From an uncultured delta proteobacterium (GTDB lineage Bacteria > Desulfobacterota > Binatia > UBA9968): a stretch of 64,000 nucleotides of DNA. The notes under the pieces were generated by a model. It saw nothing but the letters and a program-made list of their open reading frames with translations. It did not search any database and had not been told where the DNA came from. Location of the stretch: the NCBI GenBank assembly GCA_963840855.1, contig CAWJBB010000050.1, positions 64,001-128,000 of the forward strand, read 5' to 3'. Below are positions 31,741 through 40,756 of this stretch, one piece after another. The translations under genes and the position numbers were made by a program. Position 1 is the stretch's first letter. Every line of letters starts with the position of its first letter.

Positions 31741-32739
31741 TCACTTGATGACTTTGTCTGCTCTCGCCAGCACATTCGGCGGGATCGTTAGGCCGATCTG
31801 CTTTGCCGTCTTCAAATTGATTACCAGCTCGAACTTCGTCGGCTGCTCCACCGGAAGATCCGCAGGTTTGGCTCCCTTCAGGATTCTGTCCACGTAGTAT
31901 GCGACGCGCCGGTAGCTGTCTGCTTCGTCCGCCCCGTAGGAGATGAGCCCACCAGCTTCTGCAAAATTTCTGTTGTTGTACACCGACGGCAAGCGGCTCT
32001 TAAACGCAAAGACCGCGAGCCGTTTTTGGTTAGCAAACACCAGCGGGCCCGAGGGGAGCACATAGAGTCCATCCGGTCGCTGCTTGTTTAACGCAGCAAA
32101 TACCTTCTCGAAACCGTCCACATCTCGTACCTCCCAAGGCTGAATAGTCAACTTCAGCGCACGCGCCGCGACCGGGAGAACCTCTTTCATGTCGAGTTCA
32201 GCGCCTAGATTGGCCGGATCGTAGAGAACCGCGACACGGGCAAGTTTGGGAACGGCCTCTTTGAACAGCTCCAGCCGCTTGCCGCTTAGTTGTCTGCTAA
32301 CGTTTGTGATGCCGGTGACGTTGCCGCCGGGACGCGCAAGGCTATCGACCAGGCCTGACTCGACAGGATCGAGGCCACGGCCCACCATAACGATGGGAAT
32401 CGTCTTGGTCGCATTCTTGGCCGCCTGGATCCAGCTGTTCCCTCCTGCTACTACGATGACATCGACCTTGAGGCTTATCAGCTCGGCCAGAAACCTCGGG
32501 CCTCGATCGCGCTTCCCCTCCGCATATCGGTACTCACTGGCGATGTTCTGTCCTTCTATGTAGCCCAGCTCGTGCAGAGCCAGCCGAATTGTCTCAAAAA
32601 AGGTGGACTCAGTAGCTGGATCGTTCGCCGACAGATACCCTATCCGCGGGACCTTCTTCGGCTGCTGCGCGTCGGCTATGACTCCAACAGCAAGTAGGAT
32701 CACTACGAACAGGATTGACGAGACACCAGCTTTTTTCAT
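31741..32739 (-). CDS. ABC-type substrate-binding protein
   Basis: Family motifs; start placed at MKKAGV. Confidence 0.93.
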   Translation of the reverse strand: MKKAGVSSILFVVILLAVGVIADAQQPKKVPRIGYLSANDPATESTFFETIRLALHELGYIEGQNIASEYRYAEGKRDRGPRFLAELISLKVDVIVVAGGNSWIQAAKNATKTIPIVMVGRGLDPVESGLVDSLARPGGNVTGITNVSRQLSGKRLELFKEAVPKLARVAVLYDPANLGAELDMKEVLPVAARALKLTIQPWEVRDVDGFEKVFAALNKQRPDGLYVLPSGPLVFANQKRLAVFAFKSRLPSVYNNRNFAEAGGLISYGADEADSYRRVAYYVDRILKGAKPADLPVEQPTKFELVINLKTAKQIGLTIPPNVLARADKVIK

Positions 32740-32846
32740 TGCAGACACCATTTGCGCATTACACGGAAGGTAGCAGAGAAAAGTGACATTTACGACAGAA
32801 GGCGAAAGGTATTCCGTCGAGTGGAAAAACCAGATTTTTAGCCTGA

Positions 32847-32885
32847 GATTGAATTGAACGACGCATCCGGCAAATCTCACAGGAT
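32847..32885. repeat. Palindrome A, left arm plus part of the spacer
   Basis: gattgaattgaacgacgcatccggcaaatctcacaggat. Confidence 0.8.
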
Positions 32886-32926
32886 GCAGTCAACAGAGAG
32901 GGATTAGTTCCGCGCCACGTTTAACG

Positions 32927-33058
32927 CTCGCCTCCCGCACAACCTCACGAGGGTTTTTGTCTTCACGCAAGCCGACGAAAGCGATTGCCGTAGATGCGCG
33001 TCCGGCGTCCACTTGGCAAACTCGATGTGGCCACTTTCATCGACAGCCACAATTTCGA
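32927..33058 (-). pseudogene. Internally deleted remnant of the ATP-dependent ligase gene
   Basis: EIVAVDESG joined to IEFAKWTPDAHLR; matches ~9907-9932 and ~9210-9309. Confidence 0.8.
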
Positions 33059-33103
33059 TCAAGAATTTGAAGCTCTTGAATGAAGCCTTATGGAGGAAAT
33101 GAC

Positions 33104-33532
33104 TCAAGAGCTGCGTCGATAGTCCAGAAACAATCCAGCTACTCTTTTGACGAGATCATCTATAACACGCCGGGTGGATTCGAGCTGCGCGCCAGCTTCT
33201 TTCCTAGGATCGGAAACCGGCCAATATTCCCATCTCGTCCGTGATGGAAAACTTGGAACGGGACCATCGAGGCTTCCCACGACTATGATTAAGTCAATAT
33301 CGTCGCGAGAGATTTCACCTAATCCTTTGCTGGCCCGCGTCAGTTTGATTCCGCGTTCCGCTAACGCCTCAACCGTTCCTCTGTCGGTGGGTCCAGGAAT
33401 AATACCTGCGCTGAAAATTTGCACTTGAGGAGAGTCTAGCCGCATTGCGATCGCTTCTGCTATCGGACTCAGGCAGGCGTTGTCCTGGCATAAGAACAGG
33501 ATTCTCCTATCGCGAATAATGTTTCTGACCAC
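33104..33532 (-). CDS. ArsC/LMW-PTP-fold protein
   Basis: ILFLCQDNACLSPIAEA, FSAGI, EYWPVSDP. Confidence 0.8.
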   Translation of the reverse strand: MVRNIIRDRRILFLCQDNACLSPIAEAIAMRLDSPQVQIFSAGIIPGPTDRGTVEALAERGIKLTRASKGLGEISRDDIDLIIVVGSLDGPVPSFPSRTRWEYWPVSDPRKEAGAQLESTRRVIDDLVKRVAGLFLDYRRSS

Positions 33533-33945
33533 TTTCTCCCCCCAATGATTTCAATGATTGACCCGAATTGTTTTACAGTACTGGTGCGGCTCTCAATTTT
33601 AGGAACGGCTTCCAGGCAACACCCTTTGGCGAGTGATCCGGCCAACGGAAAAGCTTCAGCCCAAAATCTATGGAACCGGGAATAGTAAGACTCCATCCGG
33701 AATTTGTCTTGACATTGTGCGCCATTCGATTGATATCTGCGGCGGCCTGGGTTGAGTTGGCGAGAAAGGTTTGACAAATCCACCGCACAAGGACAGGAGA
33801 TGAAAGAGGGTGCGTTACACGTTTTGTGATAATAAGAGCAGTCTGAGACGGCTAATGAAAGGCGCAACGGTTACTCGGCCACGCATATCATAACGACCAA
33901 GATGTCGGGGTGCCGCTCTTGGCAGCCAGAAGGCCAGACCACCAT

Positions 33946-34048
33946 GAGACTGAACTAAATGACGCGCGTCAATCGAATGCGACGTAGGATTGGTTTTGCG
34001 ATGGGGATGAATTCAGAGCGCTCAGATGGAGAATTCAGTTCAATCCTG
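33946..34048. repeat. Palindrome A with a longer, divergent spacer
   Basis: gagactgaacta...agatggagaattcagttcaatcctg. Confidence 0.7.
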
Positions 34049-34062
34049 AAATCGCCGCTTGG

Positions 34063-34223
34063 TTACTTGATCATCCGATCCGCAGCGCCCCTTTTTTCAT
34101 ACGCCGCCCGAGCCAGCCGAAGCAACATTGGGATTTTCATCAAACAGAAAGACGATTGACATCCCACCGGTCCGGCGATATTGCTCAGGCCAGAACAAAA
34201 GGTGGTTTAAAATTCCTATACAG
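34063..34223 (+). mobile_element. Repeat B (SBP tail ADRMIK* plus oriIS-like end)
   Basis: Ends ggtggtttaaaattcctatacag. Confidence 0.72.
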
Positions 34224-34341
34224 AAAATCGCCTTTGGACGATCTGTCCTTTAATGGAAGGCTCTAAAGATCGGCCAAACAAAAGTTCAAATGTGATCGGT
34301 GTTTAATCCAGTGGATAGAAATAGCTCATTGGCAGAGTCGC

Positions 34342-34810
34342 ATGCTTGGATTGTTCAAGTCAGCATCATTTGTTGACCCACAGCTTGGCGAGTTACATCG
34401 CTCGCGCGGTGCATGGCGCGGAACACTCAAACTCGACGGTGAAGCGCCGGTAACTCTCATATTAAGCGGGAGCCGGCGCCGAAGCGTTGCGCATCGCACG
34501 GTCCTTGCCTTCAGACTACGCGTCCTGGCGGCCTGCTATCGAACGGGAGCTATTCGATCACTACTCACCATACGCGGAGACTGTTGCCGCAGGAGAACTG
34601 GATGCCCCTTCTTCGGGTCTACCGCCTATCGATGCTCCCTCCTCGGTCTGGGGTCATACGACCGTGGCGTTTGTTCAGGTAACTCCCCTTGGCGGTGTTC
34701 TCACTGTCGAGCTCGGTTATCGGGTCGCCTGGGATGAAGAACACACCTTGGGTGCTCGCTTTCGGGCTGGCCAGCTGTTTGAGTTATGCGGTAGTGTGTT
34801 AGCGCCATGA
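34342..34810 (+). pseudogene. Frameshifted hypothetical protein, cassette-like
   Basis: MLGLFKSASFVDPQLGEL... continues in a second frame to ...YRVAWDEEHTLGARF; GCCCAAC (attC R''-like) lies just after the stop. Confidence 0.6.
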
Positions 34811-35152
34811 CAGCGGCGCCCAACAACAGAGACGTTAACACTCTATCGAATTGTTTCTCCTCAATCCAAGAGTGCGCGTGAGTAGATTCGCCAGGCAAGG
34901 TTTTTAAAATGCGATTGGCGCCCAATCCAAGGGATAAAAGTAGCTCGTTAGCAGGGTCGTCGAGTAAAAGAAAACTAGGAATGTCAGGGTCGCCAGGGAT
35001 AGGCGAAGAAGTTTTGCCACGGATAAATCCTCCCTGTGTTGTTGCTTAGTGCCCGATATCGCAAATCCACGCCAAACGCCAGAGTTTCTAATTCGAGGGG
35101 AACACGTAGAGAGGTTCTGAGGCGTCGATCAGTTAGGCGATCTCTCCGAGGC

Positions 35153-35210
35153 TTCGACATCGACATCGACATCGAACACTGCCCGAACTGCGGCGGCAGC
35201 TTGAACATAG
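35153..35210 (+). mobile_element. IS91/ISCR-family transposase C-terminal scrap
   Basis: FDIDIDIEHCPNCGGSLNIA resembles the VFxIDIxxCPxCGGxLxIIA motif of IS91/ISCR transposases. Confidence 0.7.
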
Positions 35211-35226
35211 CACATTCGCATAACCG

Positions 35227-35294
35227 CAGAATTGAACTGATCGACGCAACGGGCAAATCTCACAGGATTTGTTAGACGGAGAAATTCAATCCTG
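35227..35294. repeat. Palindrome A, near-full copy
   Basis: cagaattgaactgatcgacgcaacgggcaaatctcacaggatttgttagacggagaaattcaatcctg. Confidence 0.88.
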
Positions 35295-35308
35295 GCATCG
35301 CCGCTCGG

Positions 35309-35469
35309 CTACTTGATCACTCGATCCGCAGCGCCCCCTCTTTCATACGCCGCCCGAGCCAGCCGAAGCAACATTCGGATTTTCATCAAACAGAAAGAGG
35401 ATTGACATCCCACCGGGTCCGGCGATATTGCTCAGCCAGAAAAAAAGGTGGTTTAAAATTCCTATACAG
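35309..35469 (+). mobile_element. Repeat B (SBP tail ADRVIK* plus oriIS-like end)
   Basis: Ends ggtggtttaaaattcctatacag. Confidence 0.72.
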
Positions 35470-35522
35470 CTATAGTTTAAATTTAAACGATAAAAGTCTA
35501 TCTACTCTCTTGGGGGGCATGA

Positions 35523-36239
35523 ATGACCCGTAGCGCGACGACAGGTGGCCTGGTCCAGGACCTGGTTCTGGCCAACCGAATTCTTGCAGATCAGGGCGTA
35601 TTGGACGGATTCGGGCACGTCAGCGCCAGGCACGATTCCGACCCCGGCCGGTTCCTGATCAGTCAGTCCCGGGCACCATCCGCCGTAACGGCCATGGATA
35701 TCATGGAAATCGACTTCGCGGGCAACCCCGTGCCCGGGACCGGTCTAAAGCCACCTCTAGAGCGATTCATTCACGGCGAAATCTTCAAGGCCCGCCCCGA
35801 CGTGATGGCGGTAGTTCACAGTCACTCGCCCTCGATAATTCCGTTTGGCGTTACGGGCGGCAACTTGCGCGCCATATGCCACGTTTGCGCGTTTCTAGGT
35901 AGCAAGACCCCGATATTCGAGATACGGGACGGCTTTGGAGACGCTACGGACCTCCTGATCAGGAATATCGAGACGGGAGCGGCATTGGCGAAGGCCCTCG
36001 GGGCAGCCCCTGTCATACTCATGCGAGGGCATGGAAATGCCGTAGTTGGCACGAGCATCCGGCATGCGGTGTATCGAGCTATTTATACGGAACTGAACGC
36101 CCGGCTCCAGTCGGAGGCGATGCGGCTTGGCGACGTCACCTTCTTGAGCGAGGCAGAGTCGAAGAACGCGACCCTGGGCGTGGAGGCGGATCTGTCGAAG
36201 CCTTGGGAACACTGGGTGAAAAGGGTGCGGGTCGATTAA
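35523..36239 (+). CDS. Class II aldolase/adducin family protein
   Basis: GFGHVSAR, ERFIHGEIFKARPDVMAVVHSHS, LMRGHG. Confidence 0.92.
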   Translation: MTRSATTGGLVQDLVLANRILADQGVLDGFGHVSARHDSDPGRFLISQSRAPSAVTAMDIMEIDFAGNPVPGTGLKPPLERFIHGEIFKARPDVMAVVHSHSPSIIPFGVTGGNLRAICHVCAFLGSKTPIFEIRDGFGDATDLLIRNIETGAALAKALGAAPVILMRGHGNAVVGTSIRHAVYRAIYTELNARLQSEAMRLGDVTFLSEAESKNATLGVEADLSKPWEHWVKRVRVD

Positions 36240-36336
36240 CACGAGCGCCGGCTACGAACCGAGCAACGCGTCGTTGAAAACCATTTGTCAGAAACCCGCT
36301 AGCAATCGCATTCGGAAGTGATATGAATCGCGCGCC

Positions 36337-38286
36337 GTGAGGATACTGGAGCCAATTACGTCTATGTCATCCAGCCCAATAAGCGATAGCCGCGTGCCGC
36401 TAGACGCGGTCCTGTGTACCGAGGAATTGAATCGACGGCCGCCGCGCCCGCCGGACTACGAGACGGAAATCCGCGCCCTGGTGACCCTGGCTCAAGCGCT
36501 GGCCGACTCGCCGCGAACCATTCTTCAGACATTGGCCGACAAAATCCTGGAAGTTTTCCAAGCTGGCTCAGCGGGCATCAGCCTGCTGACCAAGGACGAT
36601 GGCGGAAAAAGGTTCCACTGGCCGGCGATCTCTGGCGTGTGGAAACCGCACATCGGCGGCGGAACGCCGCGCGACTTTGGCCCCTGCGGCGACGTGCTCG
36701 ACCGTAACGCCGCGCTACTGTTCCGGCATTTCGAACTGCGTTACACCTATTTCCTGCCGGTGACGCCTCCAGTCGAAGAGTGCCTGCTCGTTCCTTTTTA
36801 CGTCGAGGGGAAAGCAGTCGGCACGATCTGGGCGATCGCCCACGACGCTCGCCGCAAGTTCGATGCCGAGGATCTCCGGCAGCTTGAAAGTCTCGGCCGG
36901 TTTGCATCAGCGGCATATCAGGCCGTGGAGTTTCTTGATGCATTGGAGCAACGATCCGAAGCATTGCGGCGAAGCAACGCCGAACTCGCCGAGCGCATGG
37001 CCGAACTCCGGAACGCCAACGCACAGGCTGAGGAAGCGCGCCGCGCCGCGCTCAACGCGAATGCCGATCTTGAAAACCGCGTCGCGGACCGAACCGCCGA
37101 CCTGCGGCGGAGTATTGCCGAACGCGAGGAACTCCAGGACCAACTGCTGCAATCGCAAAAGATGGAGAGCGTAGGCACTCTCGCCAGTGGTGTTGCCCAT
37201 GATTTCAATAACCTTTTGAATATTATATTAAGCCACGCCACCAGTATGCGCTTAGACGGCAAGAACCCTGCGACCATTTCCGAAGGTGCCGCTGTCATTG
37301 AAGAGACCGTCAGGCGGGGAGCCAGCCTGGTCCAGCAGCTCATGACGTTGGGCCGAAAGACCGAGACCAAGTTTGAGCCTGTAAGGCTTAACAGCTTAGC
37401 CGAGAAACTGACCAATCTTCTCACAAAAACCTTTCCCAAGACGATCATCATAATTCTGGATCTGGAGCCGGGGCTTCCTGTGATTAACGGCGACGAGAAC
37501 CAGCTACATCAGACTCTGCTCAATCTCTGCGTCAACGCGCGCGATGCCATGCCCGAGGGCGGCCGCATGTCACTCAAAACCGAAACGGTTTCGGGAACTG
37601 ATCTGCGACGCCACGTCCCGGAAGCAGCAGCAGAATGCTATGTCTCCATCAGTGTAACTGATCGTGGCATCGGCATGGACGATGCGACTCAGCGGCGCGT
37701 TTTCGAGCCGTTTTTCACGACCAAGCCGGTAGGAGAGGGAACTGGGCTCGGTCTCGCAGTGGTTTACGGCATCGTAAAAAATCACGATGGTTTCATAGAA
37801 GTAAAGAGTAAGCTAGGTCACGGGACGACCTTTTGGATCTACTTGCCGATTCCGAGCGAAGCCACACGGCAAACATCTGCAGCGGGATCAAACTACACTG
37901 CGCTAAAGCGAGCGGGTAGTGGGGAGACGATTCTTTTCGTCGACGACGAGGAGAGGCAGTTGAATGTCATGCGGCGTTTTCTTGAGAACGAGGGATACAG
38001 AGTTCTCAGCGCCCAAGACGGCGTTGAGGCGGTGGAGACTTTCAAGCAACACAAAGACGCGATCGCCGTGGCGGTGCTGGATTTGGGTCTCCCGCAACTC
38101 GACGGTTGGCAAGCATTTCAGCAAATGAGAGAAATTCGCCCCGAGCTAAAAGCGCTCATCGCTACAGGCCTGATCTCCCCGGAAGTCGAGGCTGAAATCG
38201 CGCAAGAAAAATTGTGTGCAGTGCTTTCCAAGCCGTACCAGCTAGATGACGTTCTAGAGAAAATTTCGCAGGCGATCCATGGTTAG
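36337..38286 (+). CDS. Hybrid sensor histidine kinase (GAF-HisKA-HATPase-REC)
   Basis: QSQKMESVGTLASGVAHDFNNLL, NARDAM, FFTTK..GTGLGL, ILFVDDE; start may be the ATG at 36364. Confidence 0.92.
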   Translation: MRILEPITSMSSSPISDSRVPLDAVLCTEELNRRPPRPPDYETEIRALVTLAQALADSPRTILQTLADKILEVFQAGSAGISLLTKDDGGKRFHWPAISGVWKPHIGGGTPRDFGPCGDVLDRNAALLFRHFELRYTYFLPVTPPVEECLLVPFYVEGKAVGTIWAIAHDARRKFDAEDLRQLESLGRFASAAYQAVEFLDALEQRSEALRRSNAELAERMAELRNANAQAEEARRAALNANADLENRVADRTADLRRSIAEREELQDQLLQSQKMESVGTLASGVAHDFNNLLNIILSHATSMRLDGKNPATISEGAAVIEETVRRGASLVQQLMTLGRKTETKFEPVRLNSLAEKLTNLLTKTFPKTIIIILDLEPGLPVINGDENQLHQTLLNLCVNARDAMPEGGRMSLKTETVSGTDLRRHVPEAAAECYVSISVTDRGIGMDDATQRRVFEPFFTTKPVGEGTGLGLAVVYGIVKNHDGFIEVKSKLGHGTTFWIYLPIPSEATRQTSAAGSNYTALKRAGSGETILFVDDEERQLNVMRRFLENEGYRVLSAQDGVEAVETFKQHKDAIAVAVLDLGLPQLDGWQAFQQMREIRPELKALIATGLISPEVEAEIAQEKLCAVLSKPYQLDDVLEKISQAIHG

Positions 38287-38522
38287 GGCTGGGGCAAACA
38301 ATGATCAACGAATATTCGGCCAAATTCCATCCCGTAAAACTCGGCCAACCCGGCTAAGTCGAAGCCGAATGTAATACCAGTGTCTTGAAACCGTACGACT
38401 TCCACCACGGAGCCCAGGCGACCGTCTTTGAGGATCGACCCGAAGGGATGCCAATAATGGGTATAAGGCGGCCCAGGAACGGCGCTGCCGGTGATCCAAT
38501 AGCCTTTGTAGCGTTCCATCAT
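38283..38522 (-). CDS. Small hypothetical protein translationally coupled to SRAP
   Basis: ATGA overlap with the SRAP stop; duplicated at 24735..24938. Confidence 0.7.
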   Translation of the reverse strand: MMERYKGYWITGSAVPGPPYTHYWHPFGSILKDGRLGSVVEVVRFQDTGITFGFDLAGLAEFYGMEFGRIFVDHCLPQP

Positions 38523-39196
38523 AGCAGTTTGCCTTCAGCCGGGAGGATGCATTCCGGCGAATCGTTGCGGTGATTGTTCACAAAGGGTGACACGTCGTAG
38601 CCTTCCATCTTTTCCGGCGGATACGGTTTCAGCAAAGTGAGAGCATGAGCGATTTCGTAGTCAAGGGCAAGCCATTTAAACGCGTCGTCGTTACTGAGCA
38701 TGACGGGCATCCGATTATGGATCGGGCGCAACACGTCATTCGACTCCGTCGTGACAATCGTATAGGTCCGCAATGAACTTCCATCCGGTTGCTTCCAGCT
38801 ATCCCACAAACCGGCGAACGCGAACGGTTCCCCGGACTTGAGCTTGAACCGCATGGGGGCTTTTCGCTTGCCCCCTTGCCGCCACTCGTAAAAGCCATCG
38901 GCAAGAACGAGACAGCGGCGATTCCCCAGCAGCCCCCTGAAAGCCGGTTTCTCAGCGAGCGTTTCAGCGCGGGCGTTGATCATCACGTTACCGATGGCCG
39001 GATCATTCGCCCACCAGGTAATCAACCCCCACCGAAAAAGCTCGATTCTTCGGTTTGAGTCCGCTTGAACGATTACTGGCGCTTCTTGACTCGGAGCGAT
39101 GTTATATCGGGGCGTTAAACCGAAGATTTCATCGACATTCCAGGCAACGCGAAGGTCGGAAAATTCACGGGGAAAATAAGTGTAGCGGCCGCACAT
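38519..39196 (-). CDS. SOS response-associated peptidase (SRAP/YedK/HMCES family), intact
   Basis: MCGRY (catalytic Cys2), RYNIAPSQ, INARAET, RCLVLADGFYEW, HNRMP. Confidence 0.93.
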   Translation of the reverse strand: MCGRYTYFPREFSDLRVAWNVDEIFGLTPRYNIAPSQEAPVIVQADSNRRIELFRWGLITWWANDPAIGNVMINARAETLAEKPAFRGLLGNRRCLVLADGFYEWRQGGKRKAPMRFKLKSGEPFAFAGLWDSWKQPDGSSLRTYTIVTTESNDVLRPIHNRMPVMLSNDDAFKWLALDYEIAHALTLLKPYPPEKMEGYDVSPFVNNHRNDSPECILPAEGKLL

Positions 39197-39217
39197 CACT
39201 AAGTATATCGCTACGGC

Positions 39218-39416
39218 GGATCGCGGTCAAATTTCACCTGCGGCGTATGATGCAGAAGGCGCGCAGGAACTACGGACAGGAATTTTGGTGGGCGCCGGGC
39301 GACCCTACGCCGGCCAGGGCGCCGGATGTGGAGGCGGCGGTGCCAGACTGAAAAGATCGGATAACTGTCGACCTGTCGGCACTTAGAATATCGAGAACGT
39401 TGCGGGCCACTAAAAC
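39218..39416. repeat. Repeat C upstream of SRAP
   Basis: Near-identical to 25636-25832. Confidence 0.85.
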
Positions 39417-39517
39417 GACCTCGTTCTAGGCTATCACGCACACGGCAATTGCGAAAAGGATTTGCGGCAGAAGAGAACTACGTTTCGTCGAGAGAAAATA
39501 GGCCAAATTCGGCCTGA

Positions 39518-39550
39518 GATTGAACTGAAGGAGAATTCAGTTCAATCCTG
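39518..39550. repeat. Palindrome A with the spacer deleted (arms only)
   Basis: gattgaactgaaggagaattcagttcaatcctg. Confidence 0.88.
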
Positions 39551-39576
39551 CGATTCGCTACTAAGTGTTTCTGCCA

Positions 39577-40551
39577 TCACTTGATCACTCTATTCGCTCT
39601 CACCAACACGTTCGGCGGAATCGTCAGGCCGATCTGTTTCGCTGTCTTCAGATTGATGATGAACTCAAACTTCGTCGGCTGCTCCACCGGCAGGTCGGCA
39701 GGCTTGGTGCCCTTGAGGATCTTGTCTACATAATACGCCGCACGCCTGAAACTTTCAGCTTCATCGGCTGAATAGGACATCAGGCAACCAGCCTCCACGT
39801 AATCACTTCTTTCACACATGGATGGTATTCGGTTCTTTATGGCAAGGTCAGCGATTAACTTTCGATGACTAATGGTCACACCCTGGGTATCGACAATGAG
39901 CGCGCTCACACGCCCGCTGGTCGCCACTTGGAATGCTCCCTCAAAATCAGGGTTTGGACCGCGAACCTCTAGCGAGAGAATCTGCACCTTTAGTGCGCGT
40001 GCCGCAGACTCGTAATCTGTCGTCAATCCGCCCAGGACTCCAATGCGCGACACTCCCGGAATCGCCTCGTTAAGCAATTCCAGCCGTTTACCGATTAAGT
40101 CCTTGGTGAGTCTCGTGAGTCCTGTGATATTTCCGCCTGGATGCGCTAAGCTATCTATTAGCCCAAGCGCGACTGGATCGCCGGTAATCATCATCACGAT
40201 GGGAATCGTCTTGGTCGCCTGTTTGGCTGCACGGATACCTGAATTAGCTGCGGAGACAAGCACATCGACCTTGAGCTGTACGAGCTCAGCCGCGAAGCCT
40301 GGAAGACGGTCCCCCACTCCCTCAGCATAGCGATACTCGACAAGGATGTTTTTCCCCTCAATATAACCGAGATCCCTTAGCCCTTGGCGGAATGCATTCT
40401 CGAACAGATCGGGACTAGTAGACGTCGGCTTGACCCTGTTCGACAAAAATCCGATCCGCGGGCCTTTGCCCGGCTGCTGCGCTTCGGCTGTAACTCCAAG
40501 AGCAAGCAAAAACACTGCAACCAGGATTGACGGCACCGCAGCCTTCTTCAT
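39577..40551 (-). CDS. ABC-type substrate-binding protein
   Basis: Family motifs. Confidence 0.93.
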   Translation of the reverse strand: MKKAAVPSILVAVFLLALGVTAEAQQPGKGPRIGFLSNRVKPTSTSPDLFENAFRQGLRDLGYIEGKNILVEYRYAEGVGDRLPGFAAELVQLKVDVLVSAANSGIRAAKQATKTIPIVMMITGDPVALGLIDSLAHPGGNITGLTRLTKDLIGKRLELLNEAIPGVSRIGVLGGLTTDYESAARALKVQILSLEVRGPNPDFEGAFQVATSGRVSALIVDTQGVTISHRKLIADLAIKNRIPSMCERSDYVEAGCLMSYSADEAESFRRAAYYVDKILKGTKPADLPVEQPTKFEFIINLKTAKQIGLTIPPNVLVRANRVIK

Positions 40552-40658
40552 TGCACACCTCGTTTCGAGCGTTACTTATCACACGGACGGAAATAAAGAA
40601 AAGTGTGAGTTACGGCGGGAGGCGATATGCGTTCGTCGAATACAAAGGCCAGAATCAC

Positions 40659-40734
40659 GCTAGGATTGAACTGAACGACGCAACGGACGAATCTCACAGG
40701 ATTTGTTAGACGGAGAATTCAGTTCAATCCTAGC
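40659..40734. repeat. Palindrome A, full copy
   Basis: Perfect 17-bp inverted repeat gctaggattgaactgaa/ttcagttcaatcctagc. Confidence 0.9.
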
Positions 40735-40756
40735 ATCGCCGCTTTGTTTCTTTCGA

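Noticed and set aside
30558-40551. Near-identical SBP pair as a DGR template/variable repeat
   Set aside because: Differences are not adenine-specific, span the whole gene, and there is no reverse transcriptase in the window.
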